From Bdellovibrionota bacterium (GTDB taxonomy: Bacteria > Bdellovibrionota_C > UBA2361 > OMII01), in assembly GCA_044360075.1 (NCBI GenBank), contig JBIKLA010000004.1, positions 51,034 through 115,033 on the forward strand: a stretch of 64,000 bases of DNA. The letters are read 5' to 3'. The translations under genes and the position numbers were made by a program. The notes below the pieces were generated by a model that worked only from the letters and a program-made list of their open reading frames with translations, ran no database searches and was not told the DNA's origin. Positions 40,624 through 49,692 of the stretch are shown here, piece by piece (position 1 is the first letter of the stretch; each line of letters begins with the position of its first letter).

Positions 40624-41520
40624 ATGCAGCTCTCGCCTGAAACCCTCCGTCTCTTAAGCGCATTCGCGCTCCGGACGAGGCGCTCCTTCTTCGGCATCCG
40701 ACAGGGCTCGCACCGCTCTCAGCGGCGCGGGCACGGCATGGAGTTCGCAGAGTTTCGAAACTACGAGCTTGGCGACAATCCGCGCTACATCGACTGGAAC
40801 CTCTTCGCCCGCAGCGACAAGCTGCTCGTCAAGCGCTACCTTGAGGAGGAGAACGTCGCACTCTACATAGTTATCGACGGCTCTCGGTCGATGACGCATC
40901 CTTCGCTTCGAGAGAAATGGGACCTCGCCTCCCACATCGCGGCGTTCGCATCGTTCATCGGGCTCGCCAACAAGGACCCTGTCACCATCTCTGTTCTTGG
41001 CGGCCCGCACAGCCCCCGTTTCTGGAGCGGCAAGGCCTTTGGGCCCCTCACCTCATTCCTTTCCGAGGCCACGACGATGCTCGTTACGCCCGAGGCGCAG
41101 TCATTAAACCTGCCTGAGGAGGCTCGGCGCGCCGCAACGCGCGTCACCTTCCCGGGCATCTGCCTTATCCTGTCTGACTTCCTCTATCCGCTCGAACAGG
41201 TCATCTCGGTTCTCGGGGCATTTCGCGCCCGCAACATGGAAGTCCACGCCGTGCAGGTGCTCGGTAAAACAGACCAGTCTCTCGGCGGCGACCTTCGTTC
41301 AAGCGGGATTACGATTGCTGACAGCGAAACCGGCGAGGTGCGCGGCCTCTCGCTCGACACAGAGTCCCGGGCCACATACGCCGAGCTTCTCAACGAGCAC
41401 ACCGAAAAGATCCGGGAACACTGCCGCGCGCACCGCGTGCAGTTCACCTCAGTCGTTGCCGACGGGGCCCCGGCCGATGCCGGCATCAGCGCCCTCACCC
41501 AGATGGGGCTGTTCGTATGA
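40624..41520 (+). CDS. DUF58 family protein (MoxR-associated)
   Basis: DUF58 signature region ELGDNPRYIDWNLFARSDKLLVKRY. Confidence 0.85.
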   Translation: MQLSPETLRLLSAFALRTRRSFFGIRQGSHRSQRRGHGMEFAEFRNYELGDNPRYIDWNLFARSDKLLVKRYLEEENVALYIVIDGSRSMTHPSLREKWDLASHIAAFASFIGLANKDPVTISVLGGPHSPRFWSGKAFGPLTSFLSEATTMLVTPEAQSLNLPEEARRAATRVTFPGICLILSDFLYPLEQVISVLGAFRARNMEVHAVQVLGKTDQSLGGDLRSSGITIADSETGEVRGLSLDTESRATYAELLNEHTEKIREHCRAHRVQFTSVVADGAPADAGISALTQMGLFV

Positions 41521-43355
41521 CGATTTTTGGCTACGCCTTCAGCGCTCTCGCACCGTGGCTCCTTCTTGGCGCCCCTCTGGGAGCCGCTATCCTCGTGTGG
41601 GCCTACCGGTACCGGGGCACCGCGAACGAGGTGGTCATTTCAACCTTTCTCCTCGTGCGGCGGCTGCCTGAGTTGATGACCGCGCGAAAACGGTTCTCTC
41701 CTCCGCCCCAATTCTGGCTTGAGCTCGCCATCGTCGCGCTGCTATCGCTAGCCGCCGCAGGGATTTCCGCAATGCAGGCAGGCGAGAAAATCGCGATTGT
41801 CCTCGACTCCTCGCTCAGCATGCTGGCCAAGGAGCCCTCTGGCGGTACGCGCTTTGAGTCGGCTGCCCGAATAGCCAGCGCTGATGCTGCCCAGCGCGTT
41901 GCACGCTCTCGGTTCACTGTATTTACTGCCGCGGCATCACTTCAGCGCGCATCGGAGAGCGGCATCTCCGGCCCAGCGGCGGCGCTTGCGATCCGAGGCC
42001 TTAAGCCGACACTCTCGCCAGATCGCCTCGACAGCGCCATCTACTCCCTCCTCAACGATGGATCATATGACTCCGTCTGGGTGTACACCGACAAGGCCGC
42101 TCCGGAAGGGCTCATGAGTCTCGCAAAGCTCAAGGTCACGTCTATCCCCACAGACACCGGAGCGACCCGAAACGCTTGGATTCGGTCCGTGTCCTCCCTC
42201 CCCGCGGGAGCGCTCTCCGTCGACATCGGAGTGGTGGGGCCAGCTCCTGCCACTGCGCGCCTCACAGCCGACTGCTTCGACTCGAGCGGTGTCCCTGTTC
42301 GGGAGCATTCCGGCAAGACTATCCAGCTCTCTCCGGCCTCACCGACTACGGTCCAGCTTGGGCCCATTCGCGAGCCGTGGAGCTATTGCAGCGTGTCGGT
42401 GCAGGGCCTGTCTGCAGGCGAAGAGTCCTTGCTCGTCGATAACGAGGCGTGGGTCACCTCGGATTCTGCTGGCTCCACGATTCGAGTTGTGAGCCCGCTC
42501 ACTCCTGACGAGCTTGGATTACCACGCATCCAGGGATATTCCTTCGAGCGCATCTCTCCTGAGGCGTTGCCCTCCCTAAGCGCCGGCGCAGCGGTGATCT
42601 TTCATCGCACAGCTCCTCCGCCTGAGCTCACGGCATCCTCGCTCGTCGTCATGCCCCCAACAGGCCCCCTCGGGTTATCAGGCTCGGTGGGGATCGAGGC
42701 TTCCGGCACAGCGAGCGTCACGCGCTGGAGCAGCTCGCACCCTCTTCTTCAGTACCTAAACCCAACCCTGCTCTCGATCAGCCGGGTGAGGCCCCTTCGA
42801 TGTCCCGAGCTCTCGCAGCAGATCTTGTCATCCTCAGCGGGAGATCTCGTGTGTGCCGGTGAGGACCGGTCCGGGAGGCTTGTCGTCACCGGCTTTGAGA
42901 TCTTCCCCTTCGACGGGCTCTTGTCGCCGACCGTGAGCATCTTTACGCTCAATGCGCTCAAGTGGATCGCTCAAGTGCCGTCGACTGCCAGCGGCGCCGT
43001 TGGACCAGCGACGCTACCAGAGGGGGCCACCAACGTGCGCTACCTCGCCCCCAGTGCTCCACCTCCTGAGCAGCAAGGCGACTCAACCTTCGACATCTCG
43101 ACCCCGGGCATCATCGCTTTTTCGCCACAAGGAGGGCCTGAGCCGCAAATTCGAGCCTTTAACATCTTCTCGGATGAAGAATCCAACCTTTCAGACACCG
43201 AGTCGCTCTCCGTTTCTCTCGCATCGGTTGAGCCACAAGCGCGCGCTCGGGCGCCGTTCGCATGCGCCCCGTGGTTTGCGCTCATCGCCTGGCTGCTTCT
43301 GGCGATCGACATCGCACGACGAGCCATCCGCGCTTCGGCATGGGGGGCCCGATGA
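41517..43355 (+). CDS. BatA-like membrane protein with vWA domain
   Basis: N-terminal double-TM BatA-type domain, then a MIDAS motif (VLDSSLSM). Start overlaps the DUF58 stop. Confidence 0.75.
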   Translation: MTIFGYAFSALAPWLLLGAPLGAAILVWAYRYRGTANEVVISTFLLVRRLPELMTARKRFSPPPQFWLELAIVALLSLAAAGISAMQAGEKIAIVLDSSLSMLAKEPSGGTRFESAARIASADAAQRVARSRFTVFTAAASLQRASESGISGPAAALAIRGLKPTLSPDRLDSAIYSLLNDGSYDSVWVYTDKAAPEGLMSLAKLKVTSIPTDTGATRNAWIRSVSSLPAGALSVDIGVVGPAPATARLTADCFDSSGVPVREHSGKTIQLSPASPTTVQLGPIREPWSYCSVSVQGLSAGEESLLVDNEAWVTSDSAGSTIRVVSPLTPDELGLPRIQGYSFERISPEALPSLSAGAAVIFHRTAPPPELTASSLVVMPPTGPLGLSGSVGIEASGTASVTRWSSSHPLLQYLNPTLLSISRVRPLRCPELSQQILSSSAGDLVCAGEDRSGRLVVTGFEIFPFDGLLSPTVSIFTLNALKWIAQVPSTASGAVGPATLPEGATNVRYLAPSAPPPEQQGDSTFDISTPGIIAFSPQGGPEPQIRAFNIFSDEESNLSDTESLSVSLASVEPQARARAPFACAPWFALIAWLLLAIDIARRAIRASAWGAR

Positions 43356-45907
43356 GCTTTGCGATTCCCCAGCTCCTTGCCCTCATCCCGCTTTCGCTCA
43401 TCGCCTTAGTGCTCACACTGCGAACCAAGAGGAACCGTTCCGGGAAGCCGATCTTGCTGGCCCTGCTGCGGGCAGGAACTCTCTCGGCGCTTTCCTGCGC
43501 CCTTGCGCAGCCCTTCTTGTCGAGACAGCAGCCCTCGCGAAGCCTGCCGGTTCTTGTCGACATCTCCTCAAGCGTCGCGGTGGCCCAGGGAGACGCGCTG
43601 TTGCAGGGCGCTGAGTCGATTTCCTCGGCTCTTGGCGTTCCGCTGACCCTCTTCCCGTTTAGCCGCTTCGTCTCCGCCTCTGGCACCTCCGCTGGTGCCC
43701 CATTTGCTACTGTGCGGCGCGGCTCAGAGAAGCTCGATACCGGGGCGTCAGACCTGGGTGCTGCCCTCAGGGAGGCATCTTCGCTTTCCTCGCCCGTGGT
43801 GCTGCTTCTCTCGGACGGATATGAGACCACCGGCAGCGCAGTTTCTGCCCTGTCATCAGCCGGCCAGCCGAAGATTTTTCCCCTCACGGCTGCCGGCGAG
43901 TCCCCCCAGAACGCCCTTTCGATCTCCCAGCTCTACGTGCCGCTTACCGTTAAGGCGAAGAAGGCGGCAGAGGTTCGAGCGACGGTAACAAGCGGCTCCA
44001 CGGAGCCGCACGACGCCGAGCTCGTCGTCAAGCACGGAGAGGGTGTTGTGCTCTCAAAGCAGCTACGGGTCCCGCCTGGCGAAGACGTGCTCGTGACAGC
44101 ACAGACAAACCCAGCGCTTGAGGGCCTCAACATTGTCACAGCCACGCTCTCGTGGCGTGATGCCGATGGACCTCATTCGGTCACCAAAACGAGCTGGCTC
44201 AGCAGCGAACGACGCAGCCGGGTGCTACTTCTATCCGGGACGCTCGATGATGAGCGCTACCTAACCCAGATCCTCAAGAGCCAGGCGTACGAGCTAGAGG
44301 CTCGCGTGGCTCAGGGCGCGGTTGCCTCGAGCGAACCGCCGTCGCAATTTCGGGCCGTGATTCTCAACAATGTGCCGGCTTCGGCGCTTCCGCGCAGCTT
44401 CGTCGACGCTCTCCCCAAGTACGTTCGGGACGGCGGGGGCCTCATCATGGTAGGCGGCAATAGAAGCTTTGGCCTCGGCGGCTACATCGGATCCCCGATC
44501 GAGGACATCCTGCCAGTTACCCTCGTTCCGCCCCACACCGAAAAGAAGCGCCTCAATGTCGCCGTCCAGCTCGTCATCGACAAGTCCCGCAGCATGGCCG
44601 AGGACTCGCGCCTTGAGTTCGCAAAGGCTGCCGCGCGAGAAGTCGTCGACTCACTGAAGGACGACGACTTCGTCGGTGTCATCGGCTTCGAGGAGGTCGC
44701 CTTCATCGCTCTCCCCATGTCGCGCGTCGGGGATGTTCGGGGCACCGCCTCAGATCGCATCAGCCGGCTCTTTCCCACAAACCGAACCAACCTCTATCCC
44801 GCGCTTGAGGAGGGCCGACGGGGACTGTCGCGGGTAAGTGCCGGCAGGAAGCACCTCATCGTGCTCACGGATGGGCAGATCCCTGACCAGGGCCCATTTT
44901 ACTTTAACCTCATCCACCAGATGCGACTCCTGGGCATCACGGTTTCGACGGTACTTGTCGGCACAGACGCACCAGACGCATTCCTCGTGGAGATTGCGAA
45001 CCAAGGCGGGGGATCCTTCTACCAGACCAACGATCCCCGCAACCTGCCGCGCATCTTTCTCTCCGACATCAAGGTGGCCTCGGGCGAGCGCACGCTGAAA
45101 GAGGAGCCCCAGATCCCGGTCCTGCTTGGACCCGACGGTGTGCGATCGACCCGCATCGACAGCTTTCCTCCGCTGCGCGGCTTCGTCGAGACGCTCTCGC
45201 GGCGCGGTGCGGCAACAGAGCTCCTCGTTTCCGAGGAGGACAAGCGCTATCCGCTTCTTGCCTCATGGAAGGTGGGCGGGGGGCGAGCAATCGCGTTCAC
45301 TTCAGACGCCAACGGCCGGTGGTCGGCGCCGTGGCTTCGGTGGCACGGCATTGAGGAATTTTGGTCCGACCTCGTCGAATCGGCGCAACCAAGCACGCTT
45401 GAGAAGCCGCTCTCAACCCAATTCGACCTGCGCACGTGGGTAGAAGGCAGCGATCTCGTCATCGATCTCTCGCTCTTTGAGGAGCCGCGCGTCAGCTCAG
45501 TAGCCGCCACCGTCGTTCTTCCCTCCGGAGAGTCGCGAGACCTCCCGTTCTCTCCCAAGCAGAGGGGACACTACCAGGCGCGCCTCGCGGGAGCTGCGGC
45601 GGGTACCTACCGAGCAACCGTGTCGCTGGGCAGCCAGAAGCTTCCCGAGGTTGCGTGGACTCTCTCTGGCGAGCTCTTCGGAGAGCAGCAGCACCGCACC
45701 CCTAACCTTGAGCTGCTGCAGGCGATCGCCAACCGAACAGGAGGCAAGATAAACCCGACTCCTGATGACATTCGGCCGCTCATGACCCAGGTGCTTGAGA
45801 GGCGCGAGGTGGCACACCTCTTCCTCATGGCAGCCCTGCTGCTCTTTCTACTTGAGCTGCTGCTGCGCGAGGCCTCCCGCCGGGCGCTCCGGCCCGCAGG
45901 GGCGTAG
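43352..45907 (+). CDS. BatB-like membrane protein with vWA domain
   Basis: N-terminal TM (MSFAIPQLLALIPLSL...) and a vWA MIDAS motif (LVIDKSRSM...LTDG). ATGA overlap with the upstream gene. Confidence 0.75.
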   Translation: MSFAIPQLLALIPLSLIALVLTLRTKRNRSGKPILLALLRAGTLSALSCALAQPFLSRQQPSRSLPVLVDISSSVAVAQGDALLQGAESISSALGVPLTLFPFSRFVSASGTSAGAPFATVRRGSEKLDTGASDLGAALREASSLSSPVVLLLSDGYETTGSAVSALSSAGQPKIFPLTAAGESPQNALSISQLYVPLTVKAKKAAEVRATVTSGSTEPHDAELVVKHGEGVVLSKQLRVPPGEDVLVTAQTNPALEGLNIVTATLSWRDADGPHSVTKTSWLSSERRSRVLLLSGTLDDERYLTQILKSQAYELEARVAQGAVASSEPPSQFRAVILNNVPASALPRSFVDALPKYVRDGGGLIMVGGNRSFGLGGYIGSPIEDILPVTLVPPHTEKKRLNVAVQLVIDKSRSMAEDSRLEFAKAAAREVVDSLKDDDFVGVIGFEEVAFIALPMSRVGDVRGTASDRISRLFPTNRTNLYPALEEGRRGLSRVSAGRKHLIVLTDGQIPDQGPFYFNLIHQMRLLGITVSTVLVGTDAPDAFLVEIANQGGGSFYQTNDPRNLPRIFLSDIKVASGERTLKEEPQIPVLLGPDGVRSTRIDSFPPLRGFVETLSRRGAATELLVSEEDKRYPLLASWKVGGGRAIAFTSDANGRWSAPWLRWHGIEEFWSDLVESAQPSTLEKPLSTQFDLRTWVEGSDLVIDLSLFEEPRVSSVAATVVLPSGESRDLPFSPKQRGHYQARLAGAAAGTYRATVSLGSQKLPEVAWTLSGELFGEQQHRTPNLELLQAIANRTGGKINPTPDDIRPLMTQVLERREVAHLFLMAALLLFLLELLLREASRRALRPAGA

Positions 45908-45968
45908 CGCGCTTCCGGCGCCCGTCAGGGCTATTGGAAGTGTCCCCTAGCTGCGCTACAACCACACC

Positions 45969-46622
45969 ATGGCACACCCTTATTCCATTTATTTTGCGGG
46001 AGAGCTCTTCTCGCTCAAGCACCTTGTCGGGAACGCGCTGCTCGTTGAGGCTCTCGAGAAGCTCTCAGACAACCGTTACAGGTGCGTTGTGCCCCAGGAC
46101 CTTGAGGTGCGCGACGCCACTTCCCTCTACATCCGCAACCACGACCTCTACTTCTGCATGTCGAGTGACCTCGGCATATTCCACTTCGACGGCCCAGAGC
46201 TCGACTCTGGAACTGCCGCTGAGTTCCTCTTCGCAAAGATGCTTGATATTCCGGCGGTCATCCTTCGCACCGATTTCCGCCAGGCCGGTGACGCACGCAG
46301 CGTCCCGTGGAACCTGATGCTGTCCGGCTTTCCACGCACTGAGCTTGTCCTCATCGACAGTGTCGCCCTCTACAAGCAGGGGACTGAGGAGCGTGGCATG
46401 ACGGGCCCACAGGCTGCCCAGTTTGCAACTGAGGAGCTGGCAAAGCTCGTCATCGCAGCGCTCGACACTGCTCGCCAGAGCCCACCCGTGCTACCTCCTG
46501 AGCATAGGGAGCGCGTGTACGAGTGGGCGCGCCTCTTTCCGGGATCGGGTTTTGACGTGCGCGTACCGCACGCGAAGGCGCTGGAGCTCCTGCAGTCCAA
46601 GCTCGACAGGGGGCTGCTATGA
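45969..46622 (+). CDS. nucleoside 2-deoxyribosyltransferase-like protein
   Basis: YFAGELF motif near the N-terminus and a conserved Glu in DSGTAAEFLFA. PF05014-like. Confidence 0.55.
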   Translation: MAHPYSIYFAGELFSLKHLVGNALLVEALEKLSDNRYRCVVPQDLEVRDATSLYIRNHDLYFCMSSDLGIFHFDGPELDSGTAAEFLFAKMLDIPAVILRTDFRQAGDARSVPWNLMLSGFPRTELVLIDSVALYKQGTEERGMTGPQAAQFATEELAKLVIAALDTARQSPPVLPPEHRERVYEWARLFPGSGFDVRVPHAKALELLQSKLDRGLL

Positions 46623-47599
46623 GCGCACGAGTTGCGGTTATCGGAAGCTTCGTCCAGGATCTTGCCTTCAAGGTCGCCACGTTTCCCTCCACCGGCGAGA
46701 CCCGCATCGGCGAGTTCTTAATGGGACCGGGCGGCAAGGGCTCAAACCAAGCCGTGGCAGCGCACCGCCAGGGAGTGCCAACGCTCTTCATCGGCGCCAT
46801 CGGCAATGACCTGTTTGGCCACGGCTACCGCGAGTGGACAAAGCAGGAGGGGCTGCCGACTGCCCTGCTCGTCGTCGAGGACACGCCCACGGGCGCTGCC
46901 TCTATCGTCGTCAACGAGCGCGCAGAGAACGCCATCGTCGTGGCGCTAGGCGCAAACGACGCTCTCACATCAGATCACGTAACGTCGGTCCTGTCTGCGC
47001 AGCCGAACGTGCAGGTCCTCCTGCTTCAGGCCGAGAGCAACTTAAAGGCGGCCGAGGACACCTTGCACTACGGCCGAACCAAGGGCCTGTTCTCGATCTT
47101 CAATCCGGCGCCGATCAACCCAGGGGTGTCCCCGGAGCTGCTAGCCTTCGCTGACTGCATAACGCCCAACGAGACAGAGGCCGCGTATCTGCTTGAGAAG
47201 TTCACGGGCCACCGCCTGGAGAAGGACATTACGCTCCTTTCAGACGATGAGCTCAAGGCGCTGTGCGAGCACCTACCGTCGCCAACCGTCCTCATCACCG
47301 TCGGGAGCCAGGGGGCGATCCTCTTTCAGCGCCGGGTAGCCTCCGGCAAGGTTCGCTCAATCAACCAAGGCGAGATCCTGCGCATCCCCTCCATCCCGGT
47401 GACTCCGGTAGATACAACCGGGGCAGGGGACGCATTCAACGGCGGGCTCGCTGCGGGCATCGTAAAGTTTCAGGGAGATCTCCCGCAGGCGATACGGTAC
47501 GCAACGGTCGTTGCGGGGCTTTCAACCGAGCGGGGAGGAACCGCTCCGTCGATGCCGACCGTCGCGGACGTTCAGCGCTTTTCGCAGTTTTACTCATAG
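46619..47599 (+). CDS. PfkB-family carbohydrate/nucleoside kinase (ribokinase-like)
   Basis: GGKGSNQA, the GAGDAFNGG anion-hole motif and ribokinase-like length. Confidence 0.85.
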   Translation: MSARVAVIGSFVQDLAFKVATFPSTGETRIGEFLMGPGGKGSNQAVAAHRQGVPTLFIGAIGNDLFGHGYREWTKQEGLPTALLVVEDTPTGAASIVVNERAENAIVVALGANDALTSDHVTSVLSAQPNVQVLLLQAESNLKAAEDTLHYGRTKGLFSIFNPAPINPGVSPELLAFADCITPNETEAAYLLEKFTGHRLEKDITLLSDDELKALCEHLPSPTVLITVGSQGAILFQRRVASGKVRSINQGEILRIPSIPVTPVDTTGAGDAFNGGLAAGIVKFQGDLPQAIRYATVVAGLSTERGGTAPSMPTVADVQRFSQFYS

Positions 47600-47613
47600 A
47601 AGGAGCAATGCCA

Positions 47614-47888
47614 TGCCATACATCGGACGGAAGGACAGAAAGCAGTACCAGGAGCTGTTGAATGCGCTCGCAGAGATCGTCCCCCAAGACCGCATGCAAC
47701 GGCCGGGCCACATGAACTACATCGTAAGCCTCCTTATCGAGAAGGTGTACGGCAAGGAGATGCGGTACGCCGACCACAACGAGGTTGTCGGATTCCTAAA
47801 CTGCATCGCCCTTGAGTTCTACCGGCGGAAAACAGCCCCGTATGAGGACATCAAGATCGTTGAGGAAGGCGACCTGACGGACCTCTAG
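47614..47888 (+). CDS. small hypothetical protein (91 aa)
   Basis: Strong RBS (AGGAG) 7 nt upstream of the ATG. No motif recognised. Confidence 0.45.
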
Positions 47889-47944
47889 CTTTCATCCTCG
47901 ACGGATCCGCAGTTCGCCCTCAGCCGATGGCGCAGCTCCGAGCA

Positions 47945-49624
47945 TCACGAGGCCCGGACAGACTTTACCTTACCAACGCCCGATCCCAGCGCCTCAACCT
48001 CGAAGCGATCAAGGACGGCAGCCCGCTCATCAGTTGATAGGGATGTAATGTCGAGCAGCACAGGCATCCCCTTGCTGAGAAGCTTTGCGACAAAGCCGGG
48101 ATCGTCCAGCACCGTTCCCTCAACCGCCTCTACTGCCCCGCCCTTAAGAAGCCGGATATTTCTGTGGTCCGTCGGGACTATTCCCGAGATATTTCCAAGC
48201 ACAATGCGCTGCGGGGCGAGGACCTTCGAGGCGTACTCAACCCGCCGCGAGATGGGAAGAGCAATTGCGCCCGTTGCAGCCTCGACATGCGCAAGGTTTC
48301 GGCCGGTAATAATCACGACATCCGTGTCCCCCTCACTACGCAGCCGCTCGGCAACCGACTCCAGCACAGCGAGCTGCTCGCTCTGGGCTGCCTGCCGATA
48401 CGGGCCGCTCCGGGAAATAGCAGATGCGCCTAGTGCCCCAAGCGCAAGCGCCACAATCGCTATAAGTACAACTCCGGTTGATAGCGCCCGCTCAACAAGC
48501 CATGCCAGCGCGCAGGCCGCAAGCGGCGAGAGGATCGCGCTACTGAAGAGGAAGTAGGGCATCCACGGGTAGAAATACAGCAGGTGAAACTGGAGCGGCA
48601 CGACAGCCGCAACAATGATCGCGATGCATATCGCGCCCAGCGGCGCGGCTTGCAGAGATCGTGCCCGCAGCGAGACCGCCCCAAGGGCGGCGACGAGCAA
48701 AACAAACGGGGCTCCACTGGCCAGAAGGGGCGGAAGGTTATCCACAAGATATCCCACGCTGAGGAGAAGCTGTGGATAATCGTACGGGATCGGGCACCAC
48801 AGGTGATAGCCAGTTCGCATCGGGTCCCCAAACACCGCAGCGTCATACCAGCCGGTCACTAAACCCCAGGCCGCTGTCGGCAGGATGGCTGTCAGAAGGC
48901 CAAAGCCGCGCCGAGGGCGCTCATACCACCAGGCTACCACGATAGGAATCAGCAGGACTGCGCACAGGGGCCGACACGCGGCGGCTACCATGGTGGCGAG
49001 TCCCGCTGCGAGCCAGCGCGCCGTGCCTCCCTGCGGCCCTGCAACGATGAACGCAAACACTCCGAGCCCAAGCGCGGCGGTTGGAGCAAAGCTCAGCACC
49101 TCTTGTGCCCCCCCGGTGTAGCCAGGCAACAGCAGCACGACCGCAGACGCAAGAATTCCCGCAGACATGCTCCAGAGCTTTCGGGCAGCAAGGTAGGCCG
49201 CTCCGACCCCAAGCGCGGCCAGGAAGGCAACACCCCATACCCCTATGCCAAGAGAACCCGGGCCACCAAGAATAATGCTCGGCAAGACGACAAAGAGCGA
49301 GAAGCCGATCGGGTAGCGCGGGGGGAACGCCTGCCCAGCCACGGTGATCTCATACCTGCCGTGCGAAAATATGTTGAGCGCCCCCACCGCATACTCGACC
49401 GAGTCCGGGGAGGTACGAAGATCCGCCGCGTGCTGCAGCGACGGCATCAGCGCCAGGGCTGATATCGTACATATGAGGGCCCCCAAGGCCATGTCTTTCA
49501 GCGCATACCCGCGCCACACCGTGACAAACGAGCTTGTGGCCAACATCCCGAGCACAATCGCGGCGATGGCAAGGTATGCGCCGATGTTGAGCGAGAGGGG
49601 GTGTATCAGCCCGGCAGAATCCAT
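47945..49624 (-). CDS. polytopic membrane protein, GT-C-like glycosyltransferase fold (ArnT/PMT-like)
   Basis: More than 10 predicted TM helices plus a soluble C-terminal domain. Confidence 0.55.
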   Translation of the reverse strand: MDSAGLIHPLSLNIGAYLAIAAIVLGMLATSSFVTVWRGYALKDMALGALICTISALALMPSLQHAADLRTSPDSVEYAVGALNIFSHGRYEITVAGQAFPPRYPIGFSLFVVLPSIILGGPGSLGIGVWGVAFLAALGVGAAYLAARKLWSMSAGILASAVVLLLPGYTGGAQEVLSFAPTAALGLGVFAFIVAGPQGGTARWLAAGLATMVAAACRPLCAVLLIPIVVAWWYERPRRGFGLLTAILPTAAWGLVTGWYDAAVFGDPMRTGYHLWCPIPYDYPQLLLSVGYLVDNLPPLLASGAPFVLLVAALGAVSLRARSLQAAPLGAICIAIIVAAVVPLQFHLLYFYPWMPYFLFSSAILSPLAACALAWLVERALSTGVVLIAIVALALGALGASAISRSGPYRQAAQSEQLAVLESVAERLRSEGDTDVVIITGRNLAHVEAATGAIALPISRRVEYASKVLAPQRIVLGNISGIVPTDHRNIRLLKGGAVEAVEGTVLDDPGFVAKLLSKGMPVLLDITSLSTDERAAVLDRFEVEALGSGVGKVKSVRAS

Positions 49625-49692
49625 GGGCGATAGTTTGCCCCGAAACGTCGCCGAGCCGCTACGCTGAACTTTAAACCAGCCGCAATCTGCCC

